Shown here: positions 52,134 through 61,623 of the stretch, one piece after another
Layout: the number at the start of each line of letters is the position of its first letter
Position numbering within the stretch: position 1 is the stretch's first letter
IMG/VR virus record: IMGVR_UViG_2802429224_000004
Span: 31,285-95,284 of that record
Strand: one strand, 5' to 3'
From: a virus
Taxonomy: Duplodnaviria; Heunggongvirae; Uroviricota; Caudoviricetes
Length of the DNA: 64,000 bases
Translations under genes and position numbers: made by a program
The notes under the pieces: generated by a model
Database searches by the model: none
The model's input: only the letters and a program-made list of their open reading frames with translations
Told to the model about the DNA's origin: nothing

Positions 52134-53327
52134 GTGACCTGGGACGATCACAAGAAGAATTTTGCTCGCCTGGCGCGAGATGGTGGTTACACCATCGCAC
52201 AATATGCCGCCGAGTTTAATCTCAACCCAAACACAGCACGTCGTTATCTCCGTGCCTTCAAAGAAGACAGCGGAACAGCGGACAGTCGCAAGCCAAATAA
52301 GCCAGTCAGGAAGCCACTAAAAAGCATGATCATTGATCACTCTAATGATCAACATGCGGGTGATTACATTGCGGCTGAAATAGCGGAAAAACAAAGAGTT
52401 AATGCCGTTATCAGTGCCGCAGTCGAGAATGCGAAGCGCCAAAATAAGCGCATAAATGATCGTTCAGATGATCATGACGTGATCACCCGCGCCCACCGGA
52501 CCTTACGTGATCGCCTGGAACGCGACACCCTGGATGATGATGGTGAACGCTTTGAATTCGAAGCTGGCGATTACCTGATAGATAACGTTGAAGCGCGGAA
52601 GGCCGCGCGCGCTATGTTGCGTCGTTCCGGAGCTGATGTTCTGGAAACCACTCTTCTGGAAAAGTCACTTTCTCATCTCCTTATGCTGGAGAACGCCAGG
52701 GATACGTGTATTCGCTTGGTGCAGGAAATGCGCGATCAGCAAAAAGACGATGATGAAGGAACTCCGCCTGAATACCGTATCGCGAGCATGCTTAACAGTT
52801 GTTCTGCGCAGATAAGCAGTCTGATCAACACAATTTACAGCATCCGGAATAACTATCGAAAAGAAAGCCGGGAGGCGGAAAAACACGCTTTGTCTATGGG
52901 GCAAGCAGGCATCGTTAAGCTGGCATACGAACGAAAGCGTGAAAATAACTGGTCTGTGCTGGAAGCGGCTGAATTCATCGAGGCGCATGGCGGGAAAGTG
53001 CCGCCCCTGATGCTGGAGCAAATCAAAGCCGATCTGCGTGCTCCTAAGACCAATACCGATGATGAGGAAAACCAAACAGCATCTGGCGCTCCATCACTTG
53101 AAGATCTGGATAAAATCGCGCGAGAACGGGCCGCCAGCCGCCGCGCTGATGCCGCATTGTGGATTGAGCATCGTAGAGAAGAAATTGCCGATATCGTCGA
53201 TACAGGCGGTTATGGTGATGTCGATGCGGAAGGCGCATCAAACGAAGCATGGCTTGAACAGGATCTGGACGAAGACGAGGAGGAAGACGAAGAAGTTACC
53301 CGCAAACTGTACGGGGATGATGATTAA
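52134..53327 (+). CDS. pacA: Terminase small subunit PacA
   Basis: 397 aa, same length as P1 PacA as remembered; contains the pac site. Confidence 0.75.
   Translation: MTWDDHKKNFARLARDGGYTIAQYAAEFNLNPNTARRYLRAFKEDSGTADSRKPNKPVRKPLKSMIIDHSNDQHAGDYIAAEIAEKQRVNAVISAAVENAKRQNKRINDRSDDHDVITRAHRTLRDRLERDTLDDDGERFEFEAGDYLIDNVEARKAARAMLRRSGADVLETTLLEKSLSHLLMLENARDTCIRLVQEMRDQQKDDDEGTPPEYRIASMLNSCSAQISSLINTIYSIRNNYRKESREAEKHALSMGQAGIVKLAYERKRENNWSVLEAAEFIEAHGGKVPPLMLEQIKADLRAPKTNTDDEENQTASGAPSLEDLDKIARERAASRRADAALWIEHRREEIADIVDTGGYGDVDAEGASNEAWLEQDLDEDEEEDEEVTRKLYGDDD
52326..52486 (+). other. pac: pac packaging site
   Basis: Two clusters of three (T/A)GATC(A/G) elements: GATC at about 52328, 52335, 52347 and 52458, 52470, 52481. 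Confidence 0.65.
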
Positions 53328-54811
53328 TGGCCAGAAGTTGCGTAACGGACCCTCGTTGGCGCGAGCTGGTGGCGCTATATCGTTATGACTGGATTGCGGC
53401 CGCTGATGTGTTGTTTGGGAAGACACCAACCTGGCAGCAGGATGAGATCATTGAGTCCACGCAGCAGGACGGCAGTTGGACAAGTGTGACCTCCGGCCAT
53501 GGTACTGGTAAGTCGGATATGACGAGTATCATTGCAATACTCTTCATCATGTTTTTCCCCGGCGCTCGCGTCATTCTGGTCGCTAACAAAAGACAGCAAG
53601 TCCTTGATGGTATTTTCAAATACATAAAGAGCAATTGGGCTACTGCTGTTAGCAGATTCCCGTGGTTGTCGAAGTATTTCATTCTTACAGAAACGTCTTT
53701 TTTTGAGGTGACTGGCAAGGGTGTTTGGACAATATTGATAAAGTCCTGTCGCCCCGGAAATGAGGAGGCGTTGGCTGGTGAACACGCCGATCATCTCTTG
53801 TATATCATCGACGAAGCGTCGGGTGTGAGTGATAAAGCATTCAGTGTGATAACAGGTGCGCTGACCGGTAAGGATAACCGTATTCTGCTTCTTTCCCAGC
53901 CTACGCGACCTTCAGGCTATTTCTACGATTCACACCACAGACTAGCTATTCGCCCGGGAAATCCTGATGGATTGTTTACTGCGATAATACTGAATAGTGA
54001 AGAATCTCCGCTTGTAGATGCAAAATTTATACGAGCAAAACTTGCGGAGTATGGCGGTCGTGATAACCCCATGTACATGATCAAAGTACGTGGTGAATTT
54101 CCCAAATCTCAAGATGGCTTTCTTCTTGGTCGTGATGAGGTTGAGCGGGCGACGCGGCGAAAGGTCAAGATTGCCAAAGGATGGGGCTGGGTTGCATGTG
54201 TTGACGTTGCTGGTGGCACAGGACGAGATAAGTCCGTTATTAATATCATGATGGTGTCCGGCCAGCGAAATAAACGCCGTGTAATCAACTATCGTATGCT
54301 GGAATACACAGACGTTACAGAAACGCAGTTAGCCGCCAAGATTTTCGCAGAATGTAACCCAGAACGGTTCCCGAACATAACCATAGCTATTGATGGCGAT
54401 GGCTTGGGGAAATCGACGGCTGATCTGATGTACGAACGCTATGGTATTACCGTCCAGCGTATCCGCTGGGGTAAAAAGATGCACAGCCGCGAAGATAAAA
54501 GCCTTTATTACGATATGCGCGCTTTCGCGAATATTCAGGCGGCAGAAGCTGTAAAATCAGGGCGTATGCGGCTTGATAAGGGGGCTGCGACTATAGAGGA
54601 AGCATCAAAGATACCGGTAGGGATAAATTCCGCAGGTCAATGGAAGGTGATGACAAAGGAAGATATGAAGAAAAAACTCAACCTGCACTCACCGGACCAT
54701 TGGGATACATATTGTTTCGCTATGTTGGCGAACTATGTTCCCCAGGATGAAGTGCTTAGCGTCGAAGACGAAGAACAGGTTGATGAAGCTCTGGCATGGC
54801 TTAATGAGTAA
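53327..54811 (+). CDS. pacB: Terminase large subunit PacB
   Basis: 494 aa; Walker A-like GHGTGKS; start overlaps pacA stop. Confidence 0.8.
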   Translation: MARSCVTDPRWRELVALYRYDWIAAADVLFGKTPTWQQDEIIESTQQDGSWTSVTSGHGTGKSDMTSIIAILFIMFFPGARVILVANKRQQVLDGIFKYIKSNWATAVSRFPWLSKYFILTETSFFEVTGKGVWTILIKSCRPGNEEALAGEHADHLLYIIDEASGVSDKAFSVITGALTGKDNRILLLSQPTRPSGYFYDSHHRLAIRPGNPDGLFTAIILNSEESPLVDAKFIRAKLAEYGGRDNPMYMIKVRGEFPKSQDGFLLGRDEVERATRRKVKIAKGWGWVACVDVAGGTGRDKSVINIMMVSGQRNKRRVINYRMLEYTDVTETQLAAKIFAECNPERFPNITIAIDGDGLGKSTADLMYERYGITVQRIRWGKKMHSREDKSLYYDMRAFANIQAAEAVKSGRMRLDKGAATIEEASKIPVGINSAGQWKVMTKEDMKKKLNLHSPDHWDTYCFAMLANYVPQDEVLSVEDEEQVDEALAWLNE

Positions 54812-54814
54812 AAA

Positions 54815-54831
54815 CTTGCTCTAATAAATTG
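54815..54831 (+). promoter_or_regulatory. C1 operator, 15/17, heading the second immI-like module
   Basis: CTTGCTCTAATAAATTG, 4 nt after the pacB stop. Confidence 0.55.
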
Positions 54832-55025
54832 TGTTTTTTGACTGCCGATGTTACATTGAACCTGACCTCTTGCGCCTTGAGGCATTTTCGGTTTATGCTT
54901 ATCAGGCACCTCATTAAAACGGGTGCCGGGATTGGCCTCCCGCTTAAGTCTAAGGCGATACAGACGCCGCTCGCGTCTTTTTTTGTATCGGCGTACACGC
55001 ACACCTCTACAATGGTGGGCTGTAT

Positions 55026-55105
55026 GGGGCTACCTTCGGGTAGGCTGGTTACCTTGGACGCCAGTAAGGCCAACTCCGTACAGTCCACCGCCAGCAAGAT
55101 TGGTC
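55026..55105 (+). ncRNA. Second c4-like antisense RNA with a different targeting loop (boundaries approximate)
   Basis: CTACC-TTCG-GGTAG hairpin; loop CCTTGGACG is complementary (with G-U pairs) to GTCTAAGG upstream (about 54952) and CGTCTAAGG at the icd-like RBS (about 55131). Confidence 0.3.
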
Positions 55106-55149
55106 TCTTCTGCGGTGGTTACATACCAACGTCTAAGGAGGCTGCCATT

Positions 55150-55371
55150 ATGGCTACTACCCCTACCCCAGCTCACCCTGAATTCATCTGGCGCTTTTAC
55201 TCCTGCCAGAAACGCCACTATCACTTCGTTATTGCACCGACAGAAGATGAGGCCCGCTCTCAGCTTCCTGACGCCCCATGTATTTTCTCTGCCCGTTTTT
55301 CCACTGATTCACGCAATTCTCTCAGTTACTGGTGCCTCCCTGTTAATGCTTCTGCTCAGGAGGGACTATGA
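55150..55371 (+). CDS. Icd-like protein, second copy
   Basis: 73 aa; PEFIWRFYSCQKRHYHFVIAPTEDEARSQLPDAPCIF; same overlap (ATGA) with the downstream gene as the first icd. Confidence 0.5.
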   Translation: MATTPTPAHPEFIWRFYSCQKRHYHFVIAPTEDEARSQLPDAPCIFSARFSTDSRNSLSYWCLPVNASAQEGL

Positions 55372-56480
55372 GAACGTCATTAGTCACCCGTGAAGAAATG
55401 ATTGAGGCAATTGAACAGCACACTGCCTGTATCAGTACCAGGGATATACCAGGCGTTATAGCCAACTACTTCATGATCACCAAACAACTTTACCGGAGAA
55501 AGGACAAGAACGCGGTTCACCGTATCCTGCTGTCTGATATCCGCGAATACCTGCTCGAACAGGGTCATTTGAATTACGCAACCGTCGCAGCCGAAGCACG
55601 CAAGGAGGCACACAGAATGAAAGCAACTAACGTTAAATCAGAAAAAATTCATGCACCTTCAGTTCAGAAATCGGAGCTGGTGGTTGCTCAAAATCAGCCG
55701 GATGAAATTCCCGTTCTGGAATGGCAGGGAGTACGTGTCGTAACAACCGAAACTCTTGCTAAGGGGTACGGAACCGATGAAGGCAATATTCGTAAAAATT
55801 TGTCTTGCAACTCCGATCGCTTTGAAGAAGGTAAACACTACTTTCTTTTAACTGGTTCAAAATTAAAGGAATTTAAGAACAGAGTTACTTTTAGTAACTC
55901 TGTTGGTAAGAACGCCAGAAACCTCACTCTCTGGACGGAACGCGGCGCAGCCCGCCACGCTAAAATGATCGAAACCGATCAGGCATGGGCATTCTTTGAA
56001 AAACTGGAAGACAGCTACTTCCGGCAAAAAGAACAGCAACCGGTCGCAATCCCTCAGACGCTTCCCGAAGCTCTGCGCCTGGCTGCCGAACTGGCTGAAC
56101 AAAAGCAACTTCTGGAACAGAAAGCCCACCAGCTAAATCAGCAGCTGGTGGCCGCCGCTCCTAAAGTCGATTTTGCCGACCGGGTATCAGTAGCTAAAGG
56201 GATCCTGATTGGGAATTTTGCAAAGGTCGTTGGACTTAAACAAAATGCGCTGTTTGCCTGGTTACGGGAGAACGGCATTCTGATAGCGTCCGGCGGACGT
56301 AAAAATGTACCGTTCCAGCAATTCATCAATGCCGGGTATTTCACGGTGAAAGAAGTGGTGCTGGATGATGAAGATGGCTACCAGATACGGCTGACACCTC
56401 AGTTAACAGGGAAAGGCCAACAGTGGTTGACGCGTAAACTGCTCGATGCTGGCTTGTTAAAACCGGTGGCGGCTGAATAA
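55368..56480 (+). CDS. Antirepressor-like protein (shared Ant N-terminus, ORF6N-like middle domain, KilA-C/Ant C-terminal domain)
   Basis: 370 aa; ends and N-terminal 85 aa parallel the 6026 Ant, middle domain differs. Confidence 0.65.
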   Translation: MRTSLVTREEMIEAIEQHTACISTRDIPGVIANYFMITKQLYRRKDKNAVHRILLSDIREYLLEQGHLNYATVAAEARKEAHRMKATNVKSEKIHAPSVQKSELVVAQNQPDEIPVLEWQGVRVVTTETLAKGYGTDEGNIRKNLSCNSDRFEEGKHYFLLTGSKLKEFKNRVTFSNSVGKNARNLTLWTERGAARHAKMIETDQAWAFFEKLEDSYFRQKEQQPVAIPQTLPEALRLAAELAEQKQLLEQKAHQLNQQLVAAAPKVDFADRVSVAKGILIGNFAKVVGLKQNALFAWLRENGILIASGGRKNVPFQQFINAGYFTVKEVVLDDEDGYQIRLTPQLTGKGQQWLTRKLLDAGLLKPVAAE

Positions 56481-56512
56481 TGGAAGAATGCCCGGTTGAT
56501 GCCGGGCATAAT

Positions 56513-57364
56513 TTATTGCGCGCTTTCGGGGTTGTCGTTTACTGGCTGCCCCTTCTTAGTTTTACGGCTGCGCGTAACTGATGCGGCTGATTTGACCTTT
56601 TTCTCTTCGCGAGTGATGGCAATTTGTTTTTTTACGTTTTCAATATCTGCCATGCGATATATTTTCGCCTGTGGCCAGCGGTCGCAGATGATTGGCTCTA
56701 TAGAGTCGTAAATGCTAAATTTTGCTTTCTCAAACTCGCCATTGATGATGATCCCATCGCGGAGAGTTTCATCACAAATAAATACGCCACATAATGGGAC
56801 GTGATAACTAACTGATTTACCGCCATTATAGTTAGGGCTGCTGGAAATGTAGTGGACGCGGAGCATAGTCTCGCTAAAGCCGTGTACGCGCATACGGAAT
56901 TTCTCATCTTCCGGATACTGCATCATTAGCTCTTTCGTTGTTTCTAGGTTCTCTATGTACTTTGCGCTATGTTCGCTAATGCCTGCGCTTTTTTGAATTC
57001 GAATATCTCTGTCGATCAGATGGATAATACGACCGGCAGTCATATTTACGCTATTAACAGCCTCCGTCCGATAAGTCGTTACTTTCCGCACACCACGAAG
57101 GATGTTAGGCACTGGATATAAAATAGTCTTTGGGATATTGAGGTCTGGGTACTGTTCCAGTTCCCGCGCCATTAAAGTCCATTTATCAATTTCAGCCTGA
57201 ATGCTGTCCGTTTCTTTGAACGGCAGAACGACAACCGGGCGAACAGGACGACCGTCGCTGGCGGCATCAACGTGTTGGGCGCGTGCAACAGCTTTTTTTA
57301 GAAAGAGATCCCTGAAGCTGACGAACTCCTGGTACAGTTGTTCGCCGTAGACATAATTTATCAT
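56513..57364 (-). CDS. c1: C1 repressor of lysis (immC)
   Basis: 283 aa, same length as P1 C1 as remembered; convergent with pacB side, followed upstream by coi and operators. Confidence 0.85.
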   Translation of the reverse strand: MINYVYGEQLYQEFVSFRDLFLKKAVARAQHVDAASDGRPVRPVVVLPFKETDSIQAEIDKWTLMARELEQYPDLNIPKTILYPVPNILRGVRKVTTYRTEAVNSVNMTAGRIIHLIDRDIRIQKSAGISEHSAKYIENLETTKELMMQYPEDEKFRMRVHGFSETMLRVHYISSSPNYNGGKSVSYHVPLCGVFICDETLRDGIIINGEFEKAKFSIYDSIEPIICDRWPQAKIYRMADIENVKKQIAITREEKKVKSAASVTRSRKTKKGQPVNDNPESAQ

Positions 57365-57458
57365 TGATCCTCCTCCAGAATTGACATGGCCAACAACTCA
57401 CAGCGGATTACACTGGGAGTTGTTGGCCATCATTATAGAAGGATCCAACGAAAATAAT

Positions 57459-57475
57459 AGATTTATTAGTGCATT
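57459..57475 (-). promoter_or_regulatory. C1 operator-like site, 14/17, between coi and c1
   Basis: Reverse complement reads AATGCACTAATAAATCT; overlaps the coi stop. Confidence 0.4.
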
Positions 57476-57684
57476 TATTGTGAGTCTGGCTGGTTAGTGG
57501 CCATGAGATATTCGATTGTGTCAGTGAGATCATCCAGGTCGTCTTGGGTGATGCGGTACTCCTGATTGGATATCTTTGAGTAGTGTTCAGCAATGGCGCG
57601 GGCAGCGTCGGTTTCGGCGGGGTCTACAGATAAAGCGTTAGAGCAATGTCTAACGTCGTCGATGGTTGGTGGAATGAAAGCCAT
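57475..57684 (-). CDS. coi: Coi, C1 inactivator
   Basis: 69 aa immediately upstream of c1 on the same strand. Confidence 0.7.
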   Translation of the reverse strand: MAFIPPTIDDVRHCSNALSVDPAETDAARAIAEHYSKISNQEYRITQDDLDDLTDTIEYLMATNQPDSQ

Positions 57685-57922
57685 AATTATGCCTCACTGT
57701 ATTTACAACACAGAGCCTGAAGCTCTGACCTACTGTTTCACCCATGATCCATGCTGGGGTAATCTAACAACATTGCGCTGTGTGTAAGATGAGCAATGCA
57801 TAGCTGTAATGCCGTTGTATAAGGTTTCCCTGTTTGCTCATTTCCTTCTGAGCCGCTCTACAACGCTGAAGACACATTAAATAGTGAATCCAAAGTCGTA
57901 TTACGAAACGGCGGCAAAACTA

Positions 57923-57939
57923 TAATTTATTAGAGCAAT
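57923..57939 (-). promoter_or_regulatory. C1 operator (Op99-type), 16/17
   Basis: Reverse complement reads ATTGCTCTAATAAATTA. Confidence 0.6.
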
Positions 57940-58005
57940 TGTCAAACAACTATGAAAAACAATCCAGTTTTTGGCTGGTGGAGTGGGATTTTTCTCTCAA
58001 AATTT

Positions 58006-58022
58006 ATTGCTCTAATAATTCT
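58006..58022 (+). promoter_or_regulatory. C1 operator (Op99-type), 15/17
   Basis: ATTGCTCTAATAATTCT, 43 nt before loxP. Confidence 0.55.
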
Positions 58023-58065
58023 TGATTTTTATGCACAGCTGGACGTAAACTCCTCTTCAGACCTA

Positions 58066-58099
58066 ATAACTTCGTATAGCATACATTATACGAAGTTAT
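58066..58099. other. loxP: loxP recombination site (34 bp)
   Basis: ATAACTTCGTATA-GCATACAT-TATACGAAGTTAT; coordinates counted back from the 58289 start codon. Confidence 0.95.
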
Positions 58100-58288
58100 A
58101 TTAAGGGTTATTGAACATGATCAATTTACCTGTAAATCCATACAGTTCAATACCTTATCAGGTTAAATAGTGATCACTTGATCATTTGATCAAGGTTGCG
58201 CTACGTAAAATCTGCGAAATGTTGGCAGTGTTAGTGCTCCAGATTTCGCGTAGCGCACTTAGCACCACCAATCAATCAGAGGTGAAAA

Positions 58289-58510
58289 ATGGGATATTCA
58301 GCTGCTAAAGTGTCCACTCATCTTGAGCTTGAGAAAAACCGTGGTTACTGGCGGGCAAAAGGGTTTGATCGTGATAGTTGCCAACTGTCATTATCGCGCG
58401 GTGAAGAGAAAATAGAACGCACGCGCGGTCGCTGGCGTTTCTATGACGAGAACCATAAACAGGTAAAGGCAGAGCCGATCCTGTACACTTTACTTAAAAC
58501 CATTATCTGA
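58289..58510 (+). CDS. Hypothetical ORF in the cre upstream region (may be non-coding)
   Basis: 73 aa ORF overlapping the GATC cluster and inverted repeat of the cre regulatory region. Confidence 0.25.
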   Translation: MGYSAAKVSTHLELEKNRGYWRAKGFDRDSCQLSLSRGEEKIERTRGRWRFYDENHKQVKAEPILYTLLKTII

Positions 58511-58517
58511 GTGTTAA

Positions 58518-59549
58518 ATGTCCAATTTACTGACCGTACACCAAAATTTGCCTGCATTACCGGTCGATGCAATGAGTGATGAGGTTCGCAAGAACCTGAT
58601 GGACATGTTCAGGGATCGCCAGGCGTTTTCTGAGCATACCTGGAAAATGCTTCTGTCCGTTTGCCGGTCGTGGGCGGCATGGTGCAAGTTGAATAACCGG
58701 AAATGGTTTCCCGCAGAACCTGAAGATGTTCGCGATTATCTTCTATATCTTCAGGCGCGCGGTCTGGCAGTAAAAACTATCCAGCAACATTTGGGCCAGC
58801 TAAACATGCTTCATCGTCGGTCCGGGCTGCCACGACCAAGTGACAGTAATGCTGTTTCACTGGTCATGCGGCGGATTCGAAAAGAAAACGTTGATGCCGG
58901 TGAACGTGCAAAACAGGCATTGGCGTTCGAACGCACTGATTTCGACCAGGTTCGTTCACTCATGGAAAATAGCGATCGCTGCCAGGATATACGGAATCTG
59001 GCGTTTCTGGGGATTGCTTATAACACCCTGTTACGTATAGCCGAAATTGCCAGGATCAGGGTTAAAGATATCTCACGTACTGACGGTGGGAGAATGTTAA
59101 TCCATATTGGCAGAACGAAAACGCTGGTTAGCACCGCAGGTGTAGAGAAGGCACTTAGCCTGGGGGTAACTAAACTGGTCGAGCGATGGATTTCTGTCTC
59201 TGGTGTGGCTGATGATCCGAATAACTACTTGTTTTGCCGTGTCAGAAAAAATGGTGTTGCCGCGCCATCTGCCACCTGCCAGCTATCAACTCGCGCCCTG
59301 GAAGGGATTTTTGAAGCAACTCATCGATTGATTTACGGCGCTAAGGATGACTCTGGTCAGAGATACCTGGCCTGGTCTGGACACAGTGCCCGTGTCGGAG
59401 CCGCGCGAGATATGGCCCGCGCCGGAGTTTCAATACCGGAGATCATGCAAGCTGGTGGCTGGACCAACGTAAATATTGTCATGAACTATATCCGTAACCT
59501 GGATAGTGAAACAGGGGCAATGGTGCGCCTGCTGGAAGATGGTGATTAG
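58518..59549 (+). CDS. cre: Cre site-specific recombinase
   Basis: 343 aa; near-identical to P1 Cre as remembered, with 2 substitutions (PVDAMSDEV, PSATCQLS). Confidence 0.95.
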   Translation: MSNLLTVHQNLPALPVDAMSDEVRKNLMDMFRDRQAFSEHTWKMLLSVCRSWAAWCKLNNRKWFPAEPEDVRDYLLYLQARGLAVKTIQQHLGQLNMLHRRSGLPRPSDSNAVSLVMRRIRKENVDAGERAKQALAFERTDFDQVRSLMENSDRCQDIRNLAFLGIAYNTLLRIAEIARIRVKDISRTDGGRMLIHIGRTKTLVSTAGVEKALSLGVTKLVERWISVSGVADDPNNYLFCRVRKNGVAAPSATCQLSTRALEGIFEATHRLIYGAKDDSGQRYLAWSGHSARVGAARDMARAGVSIPEIMQAGGWTNVNIVMNYIRNLDSETGAMVRLLEDGD

Positions 59550-59599
59550 CCGTCAATATATAAGAAATTGCTATAATTATTTGATATTTATGGTGACAT

Positions 59600-59911
59600 A
59601 TGAGAAAGGATTTCGACATCGGCGGAAAATATGTAGTGCTGTCTGTAAGCACTAATATTCAGTCGCCAGCCGTCATTGTCACTGTAAAGTTAAGCGATAG
59701 AATGGCTGATATTGACTCAATATCTGTTGCGTTCCCTGTCAAAAGTATTCGTAGTGCTGAACATTTCGTGATGAATGCCACCGAGGAAGAAGCACGGCGC
59801 GGTTTTGCCAAAGTGATGTCTGAGTTTGGCGAATTTTTGGGGCACGTTGACAAAGCCCTCTCAATCAGTTCAGCAAGGTCCAAAGCGTTAACAGCTTCCA
59901 TGCTGAAATAA
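59600..59911 (+). CDS. cra: Cra-like small protein
   Basis: 103 aa ORF directly after cre. Confidence 0.4.
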   Translation: MRKDFDIGGKYVVLSVSTNIQSPAVIVTVKLSDRMADIDSISVAFPVKSIRSAEHFVMNATEEEARRGFAKVMSEFGEFLGHVDKALSISSARSKALTASMLK

Positions 59912-60043
59912 AAAAAAGCCTGGCAAGGAGCCAGGCTGCACAAAAGAGCGGGTTTGTATTCCGCATCCAATCAATCAAGAAGGAGTATAGCACACAGGTA
60001 CTGAAGTGAAAAAATGTGATTCGCGATTAACTAAATATCTATC

Positions 60044-60060
60044 ATTGCTCTAATTGATTG
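60044..60060 (+). promoter_or_regulatory. C1 operator-like site (Op2-type), 14/17, upstream of ref
   Basis: ATTGCTCTAATTGATTG with an overlapping second half-site. Confidence 0.45.
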
Positions 60061-60150
60061 CTATAATTGAGCCGCAGTTTTGTCAACTACGAAGACGTTG
60101 CCATTACTTCACTCCTTGACATCATTGGCGGCCATTAGGCCGCCTTTTTT

Positions 60151-60717
60151 TTGCCATATGAAAACAATCGAACAAAAATTGAACAGTGCCGCAAGTGGCA
60201 GAAGGCAGCCAGAGAACGAGCGATCGCTCGGCAACGGGAGAAGTTGGCTGATCCGGCCTGGCGAGAATCTCAATATCAGAAAATGCGGAATACTATCGAC
60301 CGCCGTATCGCTAAACAGAAAGAGCGCCCACCAGCCAGCAAAACGCGGAAAAGCGCGGTAAAAATAAAATCTCGTGACTTGAAGGGACGAACACCGACGG
60401 CGGAGGAACGGCGCATAGCCAATGCTCTTGGCGCTCTCCCCTGCATTGCCTGCTATATGCATGGAGTAATATCTGAAGAGGTGTCTCTGCACCATATCTC
60501 CGGTCGTACCGCGCCTGGTTGTCACAAAAAGCAATTGCCACTTTGTAGATGGCACCACCAGCATGCAGCACCGGCTGAAGTAAGAGAAAAATACCCCTGG
60601 CTGGTCCCTGTTCATGCCGATGGTGTGGTTGGAGGCAAGAAAGAATTCACCTTGCTGAACAAGTCAGAGATGGAGTTGCTGGCTGACGCCTATGAAATGG
60701 CAAACATCATGCACTAA
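60151..60717 (+). CDS. ref: Ref, HNH-type RecA-dependent nuclease; N-terminus appears frameshifted in an A5 run
   Basis: HNH-like C-terminus (CIACYMHG...HH...CRWHH); the ATG at 60158 reads MKTIEQK in the +1 frame and would join the ORF if the A-run at 60174-60178 were A6, giving 186 aa. Confidence 0.6.
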   Translation: MPYENNRTKIEQCRKWQKAARERAIARQREKLADPAWRESQYQKMRNTIDRRIAKQKERPPASKTRKSAVKIKSRDLKGRTPTAEERRIANALGALPCIACYMHGVISEEVSLHHISGRTAPGCHKKQLPLCRWHHQHAAPAEVREKYPWLVPVHADGVVGGKKEFTLLNKSEMELLADAYEMANIMH

Positions 60718-60795
60718 TAAATATATTATTTTTAATATTAAATGATTGACAACTGACAAGTGACTTGAGTCAGAATCATCACACGCCCGGTACGG

Positions 60796-61548
60796 ATGGA
60801 TCCCTTTTCAAATATTCCATGGACGGCACAGTCTGAGTACCGGGCGCTACCTTCTGTTGTATTGCTAAGCCGCCGCTGGTGGCTTTTCTTTTTTGTAGGG
60901 GGCGCTATGGATAAGAAAATATGCGTTGTTTCAATGAGCGTCGGCAAACCGGCGTCAATGACTGCTGCATGGATCAACAATGAGCTGATAATGGCTGAGC
61001 GGACCAGCTACCCTGAACGCCGCCGCGATATGGAACTCCAGCTGCTGCGCGAATTGCGAGAAAAAGAGGAAAAGGGTTTTATCGTGCTGGTGGAAGAGGA
61101 AAACAGCTTTATTACCGGTCGAGTTGGCCAGCGTGTAAGGTTGCGTGATCCCTTCATGAACGGTAGACCGGTACTGATTGAAGCAATGCAGATTTACAAG
61201 GAATTGGAACGCCAGAAAGCGATCAAGTTACCGCGCAAGGAATCCGGCAAATACATCCTCCACCAAAGCATCTTCGATTCCGAACATGACAAAAAAGGCG
61301 ATGAATTTTTCAACATCAACTGGAGCGAAATAACGACAGAGCACGTTCTGACGTTGTTATGCTGCTTCGCAACGGAATACAACAACGTTGCAAACTCCGA
61401 CTACATCAGGGCAATGGCTGGAGAAGTTGAGCCACGCCAGGAACCATCGTTACTAAGCCCACTGATTAACATAATTCGCGGCACACAGAGACTTGCGGAA
61501 AAAAGCGTTCCACATGGAATCTTAACTGGAAAGGGAAACTATTTTTAA
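60796..61548 (+). CDS. Mat-like protein (alternative start at ATG 60907)
   Basis: 250 aa ORF between ref and the convergent res gene. Confidence 0.4.
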   Translation: MDPFSNIPWTAQSEYRALPSVVLLSRRWWLFFFVGGAMDKKICVVSMSVGKPASMTAAWINNELIMAERTSYPERRRDMELQLLRELREKEEKGFIVLVEEENSFITGRVGQRVRLRDPFMNGRPVLIEAMQIYKELERQKAIKLPRKESGKYILHQSIFDSEHDKKGDEFFNINWSEITTEHVLTLLCCFATEYNNVANSDYIRAMAGEVEPRQEPSLLSPLINIIRGTQRLAEKSVPHGILTGKGNYF

Positions 61549-61589
61549 CGACCTGAGCGCCACTTCTTTCAGGTCGTGTTGGATGTCAT

Positions 61590-61614
61590 AAAAAGGAGGT
61601 TTTCACCTCCTTTT
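61590..61614. terminator. Bidirectional terminator between mat and res
   Basis: AAAA-AGGAGGT-TTTC-ACCTCCT-TTTT. Confidence 0.55.
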
Positions 61615-61623
61615 AAACTGGAA

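Noticed and set aside
59918-59936. GCCTGGC-AAGGA-GCCAGGC hairpin after cra
   Set aside because: Plus-strand hairpin lacks a T-run and no minus-strand gene needs it; not called as a terminator.
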